A DNA stretch of 64,000 nucleotides. Origin: Rebecca billardiae RCC1528 (Eukaryota; Protista; Haptophyta). Under the pieces are notes generated by a model. That model was not told where the DNA came from, did no database searches, and was given only the letters and a program-made list of their open reading frames with translations. The translations under genes were made by a program, and so were the position numbers. The stretch is taken from positions 1,612,001-1,676,000 of the forward strand of contig OZ251224.1 of the NCBI GenBank assembly GCA_965240325.2. The letters are read 5' to 3'. Shown here one piece after another: positions 48,517 through 60,007 of this stretch (position 1 is the first letter of the stretch; each line of letters begins with the position of its first letter).

Positions 48517-49069
48517 GGCCGCTCGCTGCGCCTAGCTACTACGTGCAATCGTGCATGCTAGCTCGTCGGATGATACTTTTGAGTGTGGACTGCTGCGATA
48601 GGAGGCTCCGGATTCGGTTGATACGCGGCCCAGCATATACCTGCTAAGACTGCGGCCTGACTGACTTGACATCGGACTTCTCGGTTCTCCGGCCTGCGGC
48701 GCCGTGACTCTCTACTAGTGAGTAAAGTCTCTAGTCTCTGATGCAGCTACACTGATATATAATGATGCGCGCGCTGCTATACGTGAAAGTCACCGGGCGT
48801 CATGACTCTCTGTCCGGCGCCAATTCCTTTGAGGCCTCTGACAATGCTGACGAGACTGTATACGTCTCTCGTCAGAGGGACTAGTCATCAGCAGAGTGAG
48901 TGACTCCGAGACGAGCACTACGATCCATCTCTAGTAGTCGTCGCGACGATACTCGCCGGTAGTCAGTAGTCACCCCGCGCCGGAACTGATGAGGCTGCTG
49001 CCGCCTGCTGCGCAGTCCCTCATAATCATATCGCCCCGCGTGCGTCCCTTCTTTCTTTGACGATCAAAC

Positions 49070-49244
49070 CGAGGGGCGTTCCCCGCATTGGTCATACGCC
49101 AAATTGAACCATCATCGTCTTCCTATTGAAACGGGCTTCCTCCATTTGAAGCGGGTACATTTGAATACGGAAAAAAAGGCAAAGAACCCGCAGCGGGGGC
49201 CTTTGCTTTTCAGGAGCGTGTGGCGGAACCCGGGAACGCCCTTG
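49070..49244. mobile_element. ~175-bp MITE with short TIRs nested in an older repeat
   Basis: CGAGGGGCGTTCCC / GGGAACGCCCTTG. The flanks rejoin to match the uninterrupted 40580-40650. Confidence 0.6.
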
Positions 49245-49717
49245 AAAGCAAGATGATGATGAGGATCTTTTTGACATCAATCAACGTAGTGCTAAGGGCC
49301 CGCGGTGTAGGGCGGAGCGCGCATCGTCGCCGGTGTAGCTACGACCGTCGATGGGTGGTACCGCATCAATGGCGGTAGTGGATCAGTCCTCGTCCATCAT
49401 TGATCAACTGCGCTTAAAACTACCACGGCCGCAATAGGCGTCGCGACCGGGGCGGGCCGGCAGGCTGACGAGTGACGCTCACGCAGCCGCTGCCAATGGA
49501 TATTGGATGTGCACGCGGCGGTCGCGGTTGCCGAAACGTAGTACGTGCTCAGCGGTCGTAGTCACTAGTCAGGACGGAACCCGCCCCACTCACACTGTCA
49601 GACCTGCTGACCTGCTTAATACACTTGCGCATGCTATCTTGGTGCATGCGTCCATCTTTGTGCGATGACGATGACAATGAAGATCAGCAGCGACGATGAT
49701 CTCGAATCATCCATATA

Positions 49718-49829
49718 ATTATGGCGCACGGCCCCCCCGAAAGGTCTGAGCGTGAGCGAAAGCCGGGGGGGGGGGGCGGCGCACGTGCTCCGCAAGATCA
49801 CAAATATAAGAGGATGCGCGCAGGATTTT
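49718..49829 (+). repeat. Structured ~110-bp dispersed repeat, copy 2
   Basis: Near-identical to 37034-37140. Confidence 0.9.
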
Positions 49830-49874
49830 AATAGTATTATAACGATCTCGTCATTATTTAGACGCGTGATGAAA

Positions 49875-51242
49875 TCACCACGCACTGTTCCGCGCAGTGG
49901 CCCGGTCTGACAGGTGCGAAACCTCACCAAGCCGGCCTTGCAGAACCCACCATCCGGTGCCCTCGTCCTCCGCGCGGCGGACGAAGTGGCTCAGACTGGC
50001 GTATCCCACGTATCCCGAAGCGCCGAACGCTTCGACCAACCCCAGGCACGACGCGCCATGCCCGACGAAGAGCAGGTTCCCAGTGAGTCGCGTGAGCACG
50101 GACTGCGCTGTGTCGCAAGCGCGCGCAGCCGCCTGCCCGTCCGAGCGCTCGACGCCGAGGTCGGCCTGCCTCATGACGGGCGCGTAGCCGGAGTCGATGC
50201 GTGGGAAGCGCGCAGCGAGCTCGGCGACGGAGAGCAGCGCGTGGTCGCGGCTGCCCACCTCCGCGATGCCAGGCTCGATCGCGATGGGCACACTGAGCCG
50301 CGTGGCGACCGCGTCGGCTGTCTCGACGCAGCGAATGTGCGGCGACGAGACAATGCGCGAAAGTCGCACGCCCGACGCGGCGATGGCGGCCGCGAGCTCG
50401 TCGGCGGCAGCGCGGCCGGACGGCGAGAGGTGCGGGTCATGGCGCCGCCCATGGCCCGCCTCCTTGAGCCAGTGAGGGTTGGCGTCAGGGCCGTTGTCGA
50501 TGCGCGCGCCGTGGCGCGTGACGAGCACGTGCCGATCGAAGGGCGCGGCGGCGCTCTCGACGGGCAGCGCCGGCGGCGGCGGTGGCGCACGGCCACCACG
50601 CCTGCTGTGGAAGGACCAAAACTTGGTCGTCTGGTCGCCCGGGATCGGCAGTGTCATGAGCTCGTAGTCCACGGCCTGCAGGTCCCCGTCTGAGAGCCGC
50701 GTGCCCAGCCCAAGGTGTTCGGCCAGCGCACGCAGCACGCGCACGGCGCCCGCGCCCTCGCCGGCTACGATATCCTCGAAGTGGATGACGTGCGTGGCCG
50801 CCGCCATCCACCCCGGATCCTCTGCGAAGCTCTGCCGCACGCTCACGATCACGTGAGTGAAGAGCGGGCGCACTTCGGCAAATTGCGCTGCGCTGAGGTG
50901 TGGCGTGTACTCGTGCGTCTTCACGAGCACGTGCGCTGCAGAGGCCGAGCGTAGGCGCAGCTTTTCCGCAGAGAGCGCGCGGATCCAGTATGAGTCGCAC
51001 GCCTCCTGCGCTCGGCGGTAGAGCAGCCGCACCGCGTTGAAGACCCACGTGGACGCCGTGCGCCCCATGTCCACGCTCGCCGTGCAGACGAGGCTCGGGC
51101 GTGCCGGGAAGCGCATGCGCGCCTGGTCGGGTGGTGCGGCGCGGGAGCGCATGCCCTCGATGGGGTCAAGATGACGACGCTCGCACTCCGCGTTGGCGCA
51201 GGCAAGCCCATCGTCACAGTCGAGCGGGTCGTCCGCCGCCAT
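49875..51242 (-). CDS. Fusion of a sulfotransferase-like P-loop domain and a histidine phosphatase (PGAM-like) domain
   Basis: N-terminal MGRTASTWVFN, VLVKTH, IHFEDI; C-terminal VLVTRHGARID, IVSSPHIRCVETA, IEPGIAE, LLFVGHG. Confidence 0.8.
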   Translation of the reverse strand: MAADDPLDCDDGLACANAECERRHLDPIEGMRSRAAPPDQARMRFPARPSLVCTASVDMGRTASTWVFNAVRLLYRRAQEACDSYWIRALSAEKLRLRSASAAHVLVKTHEYTPHLSAAQFAEVRPLFTHVIVSVRQSFAEDPGWMAAATHVIHFEDIVAGEGAGAVRVLRALAEHLGLGTRLSDGDLQAVDYELMTLPIPGDQTTKFWSFHSRRGGRAPPPPPALPVESAAAPFDRHVLVTRHGARIDNGPDANPHWLKEAGHGRRHDPHLSPSGRAAADELAAAIAASGVRLSRIVSSPHIRCVETADAVATRLSVPIAIEPGIAEVGSRDHALLSVAELAARFPRIDSGYAPVMRQADLGVERSDGQAAARACDTAQSVLTRLTGNLLFVGHGASCLGLVEAFGASGYVGYASLSHFVRRAEDEGTGWWVLQGRLGEVSHLSDRATARNSAW

Positions 51243-51409
51243 CGTGATTTGCCAAGCGTCGAGTACTCGATCGAGTCCAGCCCATCTGGGCAGTCCAACC
51301 CAGGTCACCCGGTGGGACCCGGCGGCGGGCTCCTAGTATCCCATGGCATGCGCGCTCGTCTGCAGTCTGGTGTACTATGCGCCTACTACTATAGTGCTAA
51401 CGACTCAGC

Positions 51410-52216
51410 CTAGCACTTCGCTCCACCCAGCGCCGCGCGGTAGCGCCTGATGAATCCGGCCGTCGTTTGACCGCTGAGGCGCAGGTGCACCTGCCACGCG
51501 AGCAGCAGCACGAGAACCGTGAACATGCCAGACGTCGGGACAAAGAGTAGCGAGTACTCGCTCACGCCGCGACATGCCCCATCCGGACGCACGTGCGTCG
51601 GCGCGAGCTGGAAGTTGAGCTGCGCGATCGGCAAGCCGATGCACTGGAAGAAAGGGAAGCCGGACATGGCGGCGGAATAGCCGGACCCGGCGGTGGCGAA
51701 GGCCAGAAAGCCGAGGAAGCCGCGCTTGTTCCCGTCACCCACGCAGTTGCCGATGAACGGGCAGTGATGATCGTGCCCGGCAATGCATCGGTCGCACGTG
51801 CGACAGTGATGTACACCGCTGATGCGAGCGGTGCTGCACCGCTTGCAGAACTCCCCGTCCCAGTGTGCGGGTGGCACCCGAGGGTTCCGCGGAGACACGA
51901 TGCAGCTGCGCGCCCAGAGAATGACGGTAGGCCACCAGAGCCCGTTCGCCACGGTCACGTGGGCCCACCACGCCCATGCCGAAGGGACAACACGCGTGTG
52001 GAAGGGCAGGAACACCGTCCACCACAGGCTGTACGCGGATGCGCACAGCGCGGCGATCAGGACCACGCCGCCGCGGTCCATGCCGCGGACTGCCACGCGA
52101 CGGAGAAGCGGGTTGTTCGGGAAGAAGGACAGCACGACGTCGAGCACGAGCGGCAAGGCCACGAGGATGACTGACAGACCGATCCCGCCGATCACGACGA
52201 GAAGTGGTCGCGCCAT
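51410..52216 (-). CDS. DHHC palmitoyltransferase
   Basis: FCKRC..HHCRTCDRCIAGHDHHCPFIGNCVGDGN; TM helices. Confidence 0.93.
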   Translation of the reverse strand: MARPLLVVIGGIGLSVILVALPLVLDVVLSFFPNNPLLRRVAVRGMDRGGVVLIAALCASAYSLWWTVFLPFHTRVVPSAWAWWAHVTVANGLWWPTVILWARSCIVSPRNPRVPPAHWDGEFCKRCSTARISGVHHCRTCDRCIAGHDHHCPFIGNCVGDGNKRGFLGFLAFATAGSGYSAAMSGFPFFQCIGLPIAQLNFQLAPTHVRPDGACRGVSEYSLLFVPTSGMFTVLVLLLAWQVHLRLSGQTTAGFIRRYRAALGGAKC

Positions 52217-52316
52217 CGTGCAAGGCTCACGGCTTTGATGGCCAGGGGCGCTCCCCGATTCTTTACCAGGGAGTCCGGACCTGCGGAGCCAGCCACCACA
52301 GCCTCCAGCCCCCCGG

Positions 52317-53044
52317 CTTGCAAACCAAGCCCCCCAAAACGGGATGGCGAGCACTGGGCGACGCGAGGGCCCGCCTGCGCAGCGCTCCCAAGGCCGCATG
52401 CGGGCGTGACAGCCGTGCGCGGGCACTTTGTGGGGGCTAGAAGACCCGTAGGCAGCAATCGTGCCGCCTCGCCGACGCCCTCGCCGCCCTCTCCGCGCGC
52501 AGAGACCTGCCGGATGGCAAGCGCAGTTCTGGAGAAGGCCTGTCCGACGAGCGTGATGGGCACGCGTGCGCCCCTGGGACATTCAAAGGTCGGCTTTTTC
52601 GCTTCTGCGAGATGGGCATGGGTGTACTCAATATCACTGCTTCGCCGGCAGCCATGCCGACATCGATCAGACCGCACACACACGCTCGACAGCTGGCAGG
52701 CCAGCAACCGGTTGAAATGGCGGCGCGCGTGATCACAAGGCTGTCGGCGAGGAGACCGCAGTGCGAGCCAAAGGAGGGCGCGCGAGACATGCATCTCGGT
52801 CGTGAGGCGTGCATGAGCCGCGAGCACGGGCACGACGTGCACGGCAAAGCCCGTCATGCGCCTCGACGCGCACGCGCCGCGGCGGACGACCGAGCAGGGC
52901 GCGCGCAGGCTGGCGGCTGGCGGCGGCTGTCCGGGAGTGCCCGCGCACGCGCAACGCGTATTCAAAGAGCTCCCGGAAGGCATCGACTCCTAAGGGACGG
53001 TGCCTTTCGCCGCGCGAGGGGTTTTGGGGGGCTTGGTTTGCAAG
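52317..53044. mobile_element. 728-bp MITE with perfect 24-bp TIRs and apparent 7-bp TSD CCCCCGG
   Basis: CTTGCAAACCAAGCCCCCCAAAAC (52317-52340) / GTTTTGGGGGGCTTGGTTTGCAAG (53021-53044); CCCCCGG at 52310-52316 and 53045-53051. Confidence 0.8.
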
Positions 53045-53085
53045 CCCCCGGTCCAGCAAGGGCGACAAACCGAAAGTTTGGCAGG

Positions 53086-53583
53086 ATGGGCGCTCCCCGA
53101 TTCAGGACGGCGGCGTGCCTATTCGGGCTCTGCTTCGTAGCATCGGCGGCAGCTTCGTCCCAGGTACCTCTGCCTTCGCTTGAAGAGGCCGAGGAATACA
53201 TCGAGAAAGCTGCTTCAAACTTGTGGAGCAAGGAGATCGGTGGAAAGGTCATCATTGGTGTCGGTACTGGCGCGACCATCGGGTTCCTCGCCAAGCAGTT
53301 GAGCGATGTCATCAACGCGATCATGATATCGCTGCTTGGATATGGCGCTTTCAAACTCTTCAGTGGCTTCCGACCCGACACATTCGGTACGGCATCTATC
53401 TCTAGTGCCATTGGCGAGGTGCGAGAGAAGGCAACACCGTACTTGGACCAGAATGACGACGGGCGACTCGACGAGAAGGATGTGAAGAAGTTCGTCGCCC
53501 GTGCGGTGCCCTTCATTCGTCGGCAGGCTCCGTTCCTCTCTGGCTTCACAGCCGGGCTCGCGCTCACCTCAACCACGACGTGA
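53086..53583 (+). CDS. FUN14-like membrane protein with an EF-hand-like loop
   Basis: GVGTGATIGFLAKQ, LDQNDDGRLDEKD, FLSGFTAGLAL. Confidence 0.65.
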   Translation: MGAPRFRTAACLFGLCFVASAAASSQVPLPSLEEAEEYIEKAASNLWSKEIGGKVIIGVGTGATIGFLAKQLSDVINAIMISLLGYGAFKLFSGFRPDTFGTASISSAIGEVREKATPYLDQNDDGRLDEKDVKKFVARAVPFIRRQAPFLSGFTAGLALTSTTT

Positions 53584-54170
53584 TCACTCCACACGAGCGG
53601 CGCCAACGAGCTAGCTAAGCCTTGCCCTTTGCCGTGTAGCCGCCTAGCCGGAAGCGCGCGATGGGGCTCCGCGTACTAACAGCGTTCATGGCTCCATGCC
53701 ACTTCGCGGCACATTCCATGCCCACCCGGCGGCCGTTGTGGCGAGAGCATGCACGGGGTTTGCTCCTTGGGGTGGCTCACCCCAGCGTGATTTTCGCGTG
53801 ACCGGCAGCGGGCCATACAGCCGTTCATACTCGGTCCGCGCCGTACGCGGTACGGCGTACCGCGCCTCCTCCGGGGCAGCCGTTTGCCCGGGCCCGTCAG
53901 CCTGAGACTCGCAATCGTCAGGCGACGAAGTTATCCCGAGTCATCAGACTAAGTTAAACGAGTTCAAAGCTTTGATGTCACACCGGCGACGACTGCGGGA
54001 CGATCGCTCCGCCAGCCTGGCGACTGCGACCTCGCTCGGGCTCGGGCCGGCCAGGGCATAGGAGCCTGAACCCGGGTCAAGAAGAGCTACCGGACGCTGC
54101 CTCCTTTCCGGCTTCCGGACCCCTCGATCCCTCCTTCCCGTCTTGGACAGGCATCCACACGAACGAGAAG

Positions 54171-54574
54171 ATGGCGCCGATTGCGGTGGCGGTGACGGTC
54201 GTGATCAAGGAGGACATGGTCGAGAGATTCCTCGAGGTGATGAAGGAGGACGTTGTGGGCTCGCTCGAGCGGGAGAACGGCGGCTGCCTTCGCTTCGACG
54301 TGCTCCGTGACCCATCCACCCCTAACAAGTACATGTTCTATGAGATGTGTGCGCACGCGCATGCCGCGCGAGCTTGCGGGCAGGCGGATGCGCGCCTCCC
54401 CAGTGGGCTGAACACCATTTACCCCTTGCTTCTGGCAGGTATGCTGATGCCGACGCTGCGGCGCGGCACAAAGAGACCCCGCACTACAAGGCATGGGCGA
54501 AGTTCAAGGAGGATGGTGGCGTCCTGTCACAGGAGGCGGTCAAGTTTGAGGCCGTCTACGGTGGCGGCCTCTGA
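54171..54574 (+). CDS. ABM/LsrG-like dimeric alpha-beta barrel protein; intron 54347-54438
   Basis: ENGGCLRFDVLRDP..NKYMFYEMYADADAAARHKETPHYKAW after splicing. Confidence 0.88.
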
Positions 54575-54674
54575 TTGGCCACGCATGCGCGTGTGGCACA
54601 ACGGGAATCATGTTCATCTTCTCGTCTTGGCCTGCCGTCAGCTCAGCTACTTTTGTGTGTCGACCGTGACCCGA

Positions 54675-56876
54675 GCAGCTGACCACGCGCGCAGCCGACA
54701 TGCCACATCGGCTACATGACCGGTCCGCGCGCGACGTGGAGTCCAACTGCGGTCATCATCGCATCGTCAGTCTCGTGAGATGTAGCTTGTAACATGCATG
54801 ATGCGCGTCATCGTCATCCTTACATCGCGTCCATTGGGTGCAGCAAAAGTCGTATAGTCGTATATATACGTCTAGCTACAGTCACGCACTAACGGCGGAC
54901 CCGCGGACCGCCAGTTTTCGGAAGCCTTTCAGGGCTTCAGGCGGCATTCACTGCGCTGAATTCTGATATATTGCAGCCGCCTGGCATCCTACTTTTATTA
55001 CGCGACTTATTAATGTACCCAATGTACCACTACGACCCGTTCCGTAGTGAACGGCTATAAGCCTGGGTGCCACCTGATTAGTGATTCCAACGTGACCGTG
55101 TCTGTTCACCGTTGCGGACTGCGGCCTGGCAGCAGGCTGATGGCAGCGTCGACTCCTGCGTCGACGGTGGGTCCGTTGACCGTTGGCACTCTAGTCGCCG
55201 GTCAGCGCTGCCAGTGCCCTCAGCGGAGTCCCAGCCAGGTCTTAGCTCAGGGCTCCTGGCCGCCGGGACGTGACGACATACGACTGAATACTATACGACA
55301 GAACCGACTAACGACTGCGATCCAGTCACGGACTCACTTAGTAGCTAGCTACTAAGTCATCAAAGATGACTAAGCTAGTAGCAGCCACTAGCTTAGAAGA
55401 GTAGAATTGCAGCTGACCACGCGCGCAGCCGACATGCCACATCGGCTACATGACCGGTCCGCGCGCGACGTGGAGTCCAACTGCGGTCATCATCGCATCG
55501 TCAGTCTCGTGAGATGTAGCTTGTAACATGCATGATGCGCGTCATCGTCATCCTTACATCGCGTCCATTGGGTGCAGCAAAAGTCGTATAGTCGTATATA
55601 TACGTCTAGCTACAGTCACGCACTAACGGCGGACCCGCGGACCGCCAGTTTTCGGAAGCCTTTCAGGGCTTCAGGCGGCATTCACTGCGCTGAATTCTGA
55701 TATATTGCAGCCGCCTGGCATCCTACTTTTATTACGCGACTTATTAATGTACCCAATGTACCACTACGACCCGTTCCGTAGTGAACGGCTATAAGCCTGG
55801 GTGCCACCTGATTAGTGATTCCAACGTGACCGTGTCTGTTCACCGTTGCGGACTGCGGCCTGGCAGCAGGCTGATGGCAGCGTCGACTCCTGCGTCGACG
55901 GTGGGTCCGTTGACCGTTGGCACTCTAGTCGCCGGTCAGCGCTGCCAGTGCCCTCAGCGGAGTCCCAGCCAGGTCTTAGCTCAGTGCTCCTGGCCGCCGG
56001 GACGTGACGACATACGACTGAATACTATACGACAGAACCGACTAACGACTGCGATCCAGTCACGGACTCACTTAGTAGCTAGCTACTAAGTCATCAAAGA
56101 TGACTAAGCTAGTAGCAGCCACTAGCTTAGAAGAGGAGAATTGCAGCTGACCACGCGCGCAGCCGACATGCCACATCGGCTACATGACCGGTCCGCGCGC
56201 GACGTGGAGTCCAACTGCGGTCATCATCGCATCGTCAGTCTCGTGAGATGTAGCTTGTAACATGCATGATGCGCGTCATCGTCATCCTTACATCGCGTCC
56301 ATTGGGTGCAGCAAAAGTCGTATAGTCGTATATATACGTCTAGCTACAGTCACGCACTAACGGCGGACCCGCGGACCGCCAGTTTTCGGAAGCCTTTCAG
56401 GGCTTCAGGCGGCATTCACTGCGCTGAATTCTGATATATTGCAGCCGCCTGGCATCCTACTTTTATTACGCGACTTATTAATGTACCCAATGTACCACTA
56501 CGACCCGTTCCGTAGTGAACGGCTATAAGCCTGGGTGCCACCTGATTAGTGATTCCAACGTGACCGTGTCTGTTCACCGTTGCGGACTGCGGCCTGGCAG
56601 CAGGCTGATGGCAGCGTCGACTCCTGCGTCGACGGTGGGTCCGTTGACCGTTGGCACTCTAGTCGCCGGTCAGCGCTGCCAGTGCCCTCAGCGGAGTCCC
56701 AGCCAGGTCTTAGCTCAGTGCTCCTGGCCGCCGGGACGTGACGACATACGACTGAATACTATACGACAGAACCGACTAACGACTGCGATCCAGTCACGGA
56801 CTCACTTAGTAGCTAGCTACTAAGTCATCAAAGATGACTAAGCTAGTAGCAGCCACTAGCTTAGAAGAGTAGAATT
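54675..56876. repeat. Tandem triplication, 3 x 734 bp, nearly identical
   Basis: Units start at 54675, 55409 and 56143; only two single-base differences noticed. Confidence 0.97.
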
Positions 56877-57721
56877 ACAGTAACTAACCAACTCAGTGCC
56901 CGGCGGCTCATGCTGCTGAGCCTGAGACCTCGGACTGACTCCTGAGTGAGAGTCAAGTCATGAAGCCTAGCTAGCTACTCGCGCTGGCGAATCGGCCATC
57001 GGCATCAGTAGCTATGTTCTGTGTTCATGATGACGAACTGATTGCTTATAATCGGTGACGATCGACTTGGCTGTCTGAACTTGGCATGCTCATATCGGGC
57101 ATCATCGTCGCCTGTCCAGTGTCCTAGGTAGCAATTGATGAATAATCGTCGACTGAATGAACGATTTGATCGTCTGTGACGACTGCATACTCAGTCTCAC
57201 AATGTCAATGACGACGAACGACGGTGGTCACAGTGGTGAGTGGCTGACGCGCCGGTGACTCGTGAGTCTCGACTCTCGTCAGACGTGACTCAACGCGGAC
57301 TGTCAGTGTCACTGTGCCGACAGACTCTCACTGACTCACTGTGACAGACTGTGGCATAATAAATAAACTACGACACGCGATATTGCTGCAACGCGCGTCA
57401 ATCAACTGCTGATGTGAGTGACACGCGGTTTTCAAGTCCGCGACGGACGCCACGCCACAATTTCGAAATCGAATATCTGCTGTCCGACGCAGAACTCAGT
57501 TGCCGCCGGGCCGCGCCGAGCCGGGCGGCAGTCGCCGTCGGTCTCGGGTCTCCGGGGCTGGCAGTCGCGGGGCACGGCTGCGCGCGGCGCCCCAAGCCTC
57601 GCAGCCATCACAGCTAGGTCGATCAGCTGTCAGCGGCGCTCGCAACTGCTCGACGGCCGCGTTCCTAGCCCGCAGTGGCACGGCGGTAGTGACATGAGCT
57701 CTGAGCTGGAGTGATGCGAAA

Positions 57722-59911
57722 TCACACAGCGGCATGAGCTGAGTGACCCCGGGTAGCAGACCCCACCCACAGCCTCCGAGTGTGGATCGTAAGCTCGTCT
57801 GGCGTGAGCGTGCGCGTTGCGGACGCGCGCGGAGTAGCCGCGTGCGGCCGCGCGGGCGCGCGCGCGCCCATGTCCGCGGCGAGCTCGAGCGCGCGGATGA
57901 CCACGTTCAGGTCGACACGCGCCTCCGCACGCGCGGCGGCGGCGCCGGGCGGCGGCGCGTCCTGGAAGGCGCGGAAGAGCGTGACGGCCTCGTGCAGCGT
58001 GAGCCCGGCGAGCGGCGTGTGCGGCGAGGCGCGCGCCGAGTGCAGCGCGCCAATGAAGGCCTCGAGCCCCAGCCTCGCAAAGCGCGCGCCGCCGCCCGCC
58101 TCGAGCAGCCGCGCATCGCGCACGCACCGCACCACCTCTGCGCCGCGCTCTCGGATCACGCGCTGCGCATCCGCCTGCGGGTAGACGTGCGGGTGCGCCT
58201 CCTGCCACGCGAGTGTCTGCTCCGTCGCGTCCGTGAGCAGGAAGCGGTACCCGCCGAGTGCGATCACAGCGCCGAGGCTGAAGTCCGCGTGCCCGTACCC
58301 GTGCGCGACCGGCACGCCCGGCGGCTCGCGCCGCACGACGAGGCCCGGCTTGCGGCCCGCGTTGGCCGGGGCGAGCTCGGAGACGGACACGCCGCGGTCG
58401 GGATCGAGCGTCAGCGCGAAGCGGCGCTCCGTCTCGGGGCGCGTGCGGTGGAAGTGGTCGAACTCCGGACGCGACGGCTCGTGCACGCACGCGGTGAAGT
58501 GCAGCGCAGGCGGCCCGCCTGCAGCGGGCACCCCGCGGCCGACGGGCGGCGCCGGCCGCACCACCGGGTCGAACCCTCGGCGCCCGGGCGCGACGTTGGC
58601 GTCGGAGACCTCCTGACGTGGCGCGGGGCCGTGCGGGCTGTGGTCGAAGGGCAGGTTGGGCGGCACCGCCTCCTCGCCGCCCTGCGCCGCGAGCTCGTTG
58701 AGCAGCGCGCGCGCACGCTCGTCACAGCCAAGCACCAGCAGCCGCTCGCCATTCAGCCACACGCGCGCGCCCACGCGCAGCGCGCGCAGTGGCGGCGCGT
58801 TCGGCTGCGGGCCGCCCGCGGTCATGGCGCTCTGCTCGGCCCAGTCGCGCCCTGCGCGGAGCAAGACACCGCCGTCCCCGCGCGCGTGCGCCTCGTCCTC
58901 AAGCTCGACGAGCTCGAGTCCCAGCACCGGCGGCGCCGCCCTCGGCACGGCAGCTGCCGGCGCGTCGGGGCGCGCAGCGCTGCCAGAGCCATGCACGTGG
59001 TACCGCAAGAGGTACTTGCGGAGGCGCGCGCCCGCGGCGGCGTGGGACGCGCCATCGCTGCGCAGCCAGAAGCGCAGGCGCACGCTCCCCACCTCGGCGC
59101 CCTGCGTCGCGTCCGCGGAGCGCGCCGTCGACTCGGAGCGATGCGCGGGCCACGCCGCGCGCGCGCTCTGCCGGCGCTCCCCGTCGCCAAAGGTGACGCG
59201 CGTCTGCCTGAACGGGTCTGCGCGGTGGAAGGCGGGGTCCGTGCCGCCGAGCTGCTCCTCGAGCTTCGCGCTCAGAAACTCGCGCCGCGCGTGCTGCGCG
59301 CGCTCGAGCAGCGCCTCCTGCCGCGCGACGTACGCGTCCTCGGGCACGGGCTCAGCGGGCGGCACGCGCACGCCCTGCACCTCGAAGAACCGACGCGTCG
59401 GCGCGTCGCAGTCGTGGATGTGGTACGTGCGCGAGAAGATGGTCACGTCGGCGCCGACGCGGAGCTCGCGGAAGCCCACGTACCGCGTGCGCGCCGCGCC
59501 CCGCTCGCTTGGCCAGTGGATGCGCAGGTTGACCCGATCGACCTTGATCGACTGCCAGCCCGGGTCGAGCGCGCCGTCGGTCGCGGTCGCCCGCGGCACC
59601 TGCTTGCTGACGGCGCGGTGCACGTGGAACTCGGGCTGACGAGCCGGCCCCAGCGGCACGCGCACGCCATGCCCGCCGTCCTGCTTGTGCCGCCGCAGGA
59701 AGGGCACCCACCTCACCGTCTCGATGCGCTCGCCCTCCGGTGCGCGCACGTCGTGGATGCGCTCGTCGATGGTGATCGCGTCCTCGGCGAGGTCGTACGT
59801 GATGCGGAAGCGGCGTATCTTAGCCGCATCGTCGAAGAGCAGCGCGCGCCCATCGTCCTTCACCTCCTCGCGCGTGAACGCGTAGAAGGTGAGCGTTGCT
59901 TCCCTCGTCAT
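57722..59911 (-). CDS. DM10-domain (EFHC/Rib72-like) axonemal protein
   Basis: LTFYAF..IRRFRITYDLAEDAITIDE..FLRRHK; ELRVGADVTIFSRTYHIHDCDAPTRRFF; two further degenerate DM10 repeats. Confidence 0.8.
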   Translation of the reverse strand: MTREATLTFYAFTREEVKDDGRALLFDDAAKIRRFRITYDLAEDAITIDERIHDVRAPEGERIETVRWVPFLRRHKQDGGHGVRVPLGPARQPEFHVHRAVSKQVPRATATDGALDPGWQSIKVDRVNLRIHWPSERGAARTRYVGFRELRVGADVTIFSRTYHIHDCDAPTRRFFEVQGVRVPPAEPVPEDAYVARQEALLERAQHARREFLSAKLEEQLGGTDPAFHRADPFRQTRVTFGDGERRQSARAAWPAHRSESTARSADATQGAEVGSVRLRFWLRSDGASHAAAGARLRKYLLRYHVHGSGSAARPDAPAAAVPRAAPPVLGLELVELEDEAHARGDGGVLLRAGRDWAEQSAMTAGGPQPNAPPLRALRVGARVWLNGERLLVLGCDERARALLNELAAQGGEEAVPPNLPFDHSPHGPAPRQEVSDANVAPGRRGFDPVVRPAPPVGRGVPAAGGPPALHFTACVHEPSRPEFDHFHRTRPETERRFALTLDPDRGVSVSELAPANAGRKPGLVVRREPPGVPVAHGYGHADFSLGAVIALGGYRFLLTDATEQTLAWQEAHPHVYPQADAQRVIRERGAEVVRCVRDARLLEAGGGARFARLGLEAFIGALHSARASPHTPLAGLTLHEAVTLFRAFQDAPPPGAAAARAEARVDLNVVIRALELAADMGARAPARPHAATPRASATRTLTPDELTIHTRRLWVGSATRGHSAHAAV

Positions 59912-60007
59912 CCGCGGTCAGGCGTTTGAAGCCTGCGCCCGCCTGCGCAGCGCCCGTTGCGACCGCCCTGGGCCCCTGGCCAGGCGGCAAAACACCGTGG
60001 CCGAGCG

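Noticed and set aside
55047-56823. Three copies of a 102-aa ORF
   Set aside because: GTG start and no motifs; a by-product of the tandem triplication.
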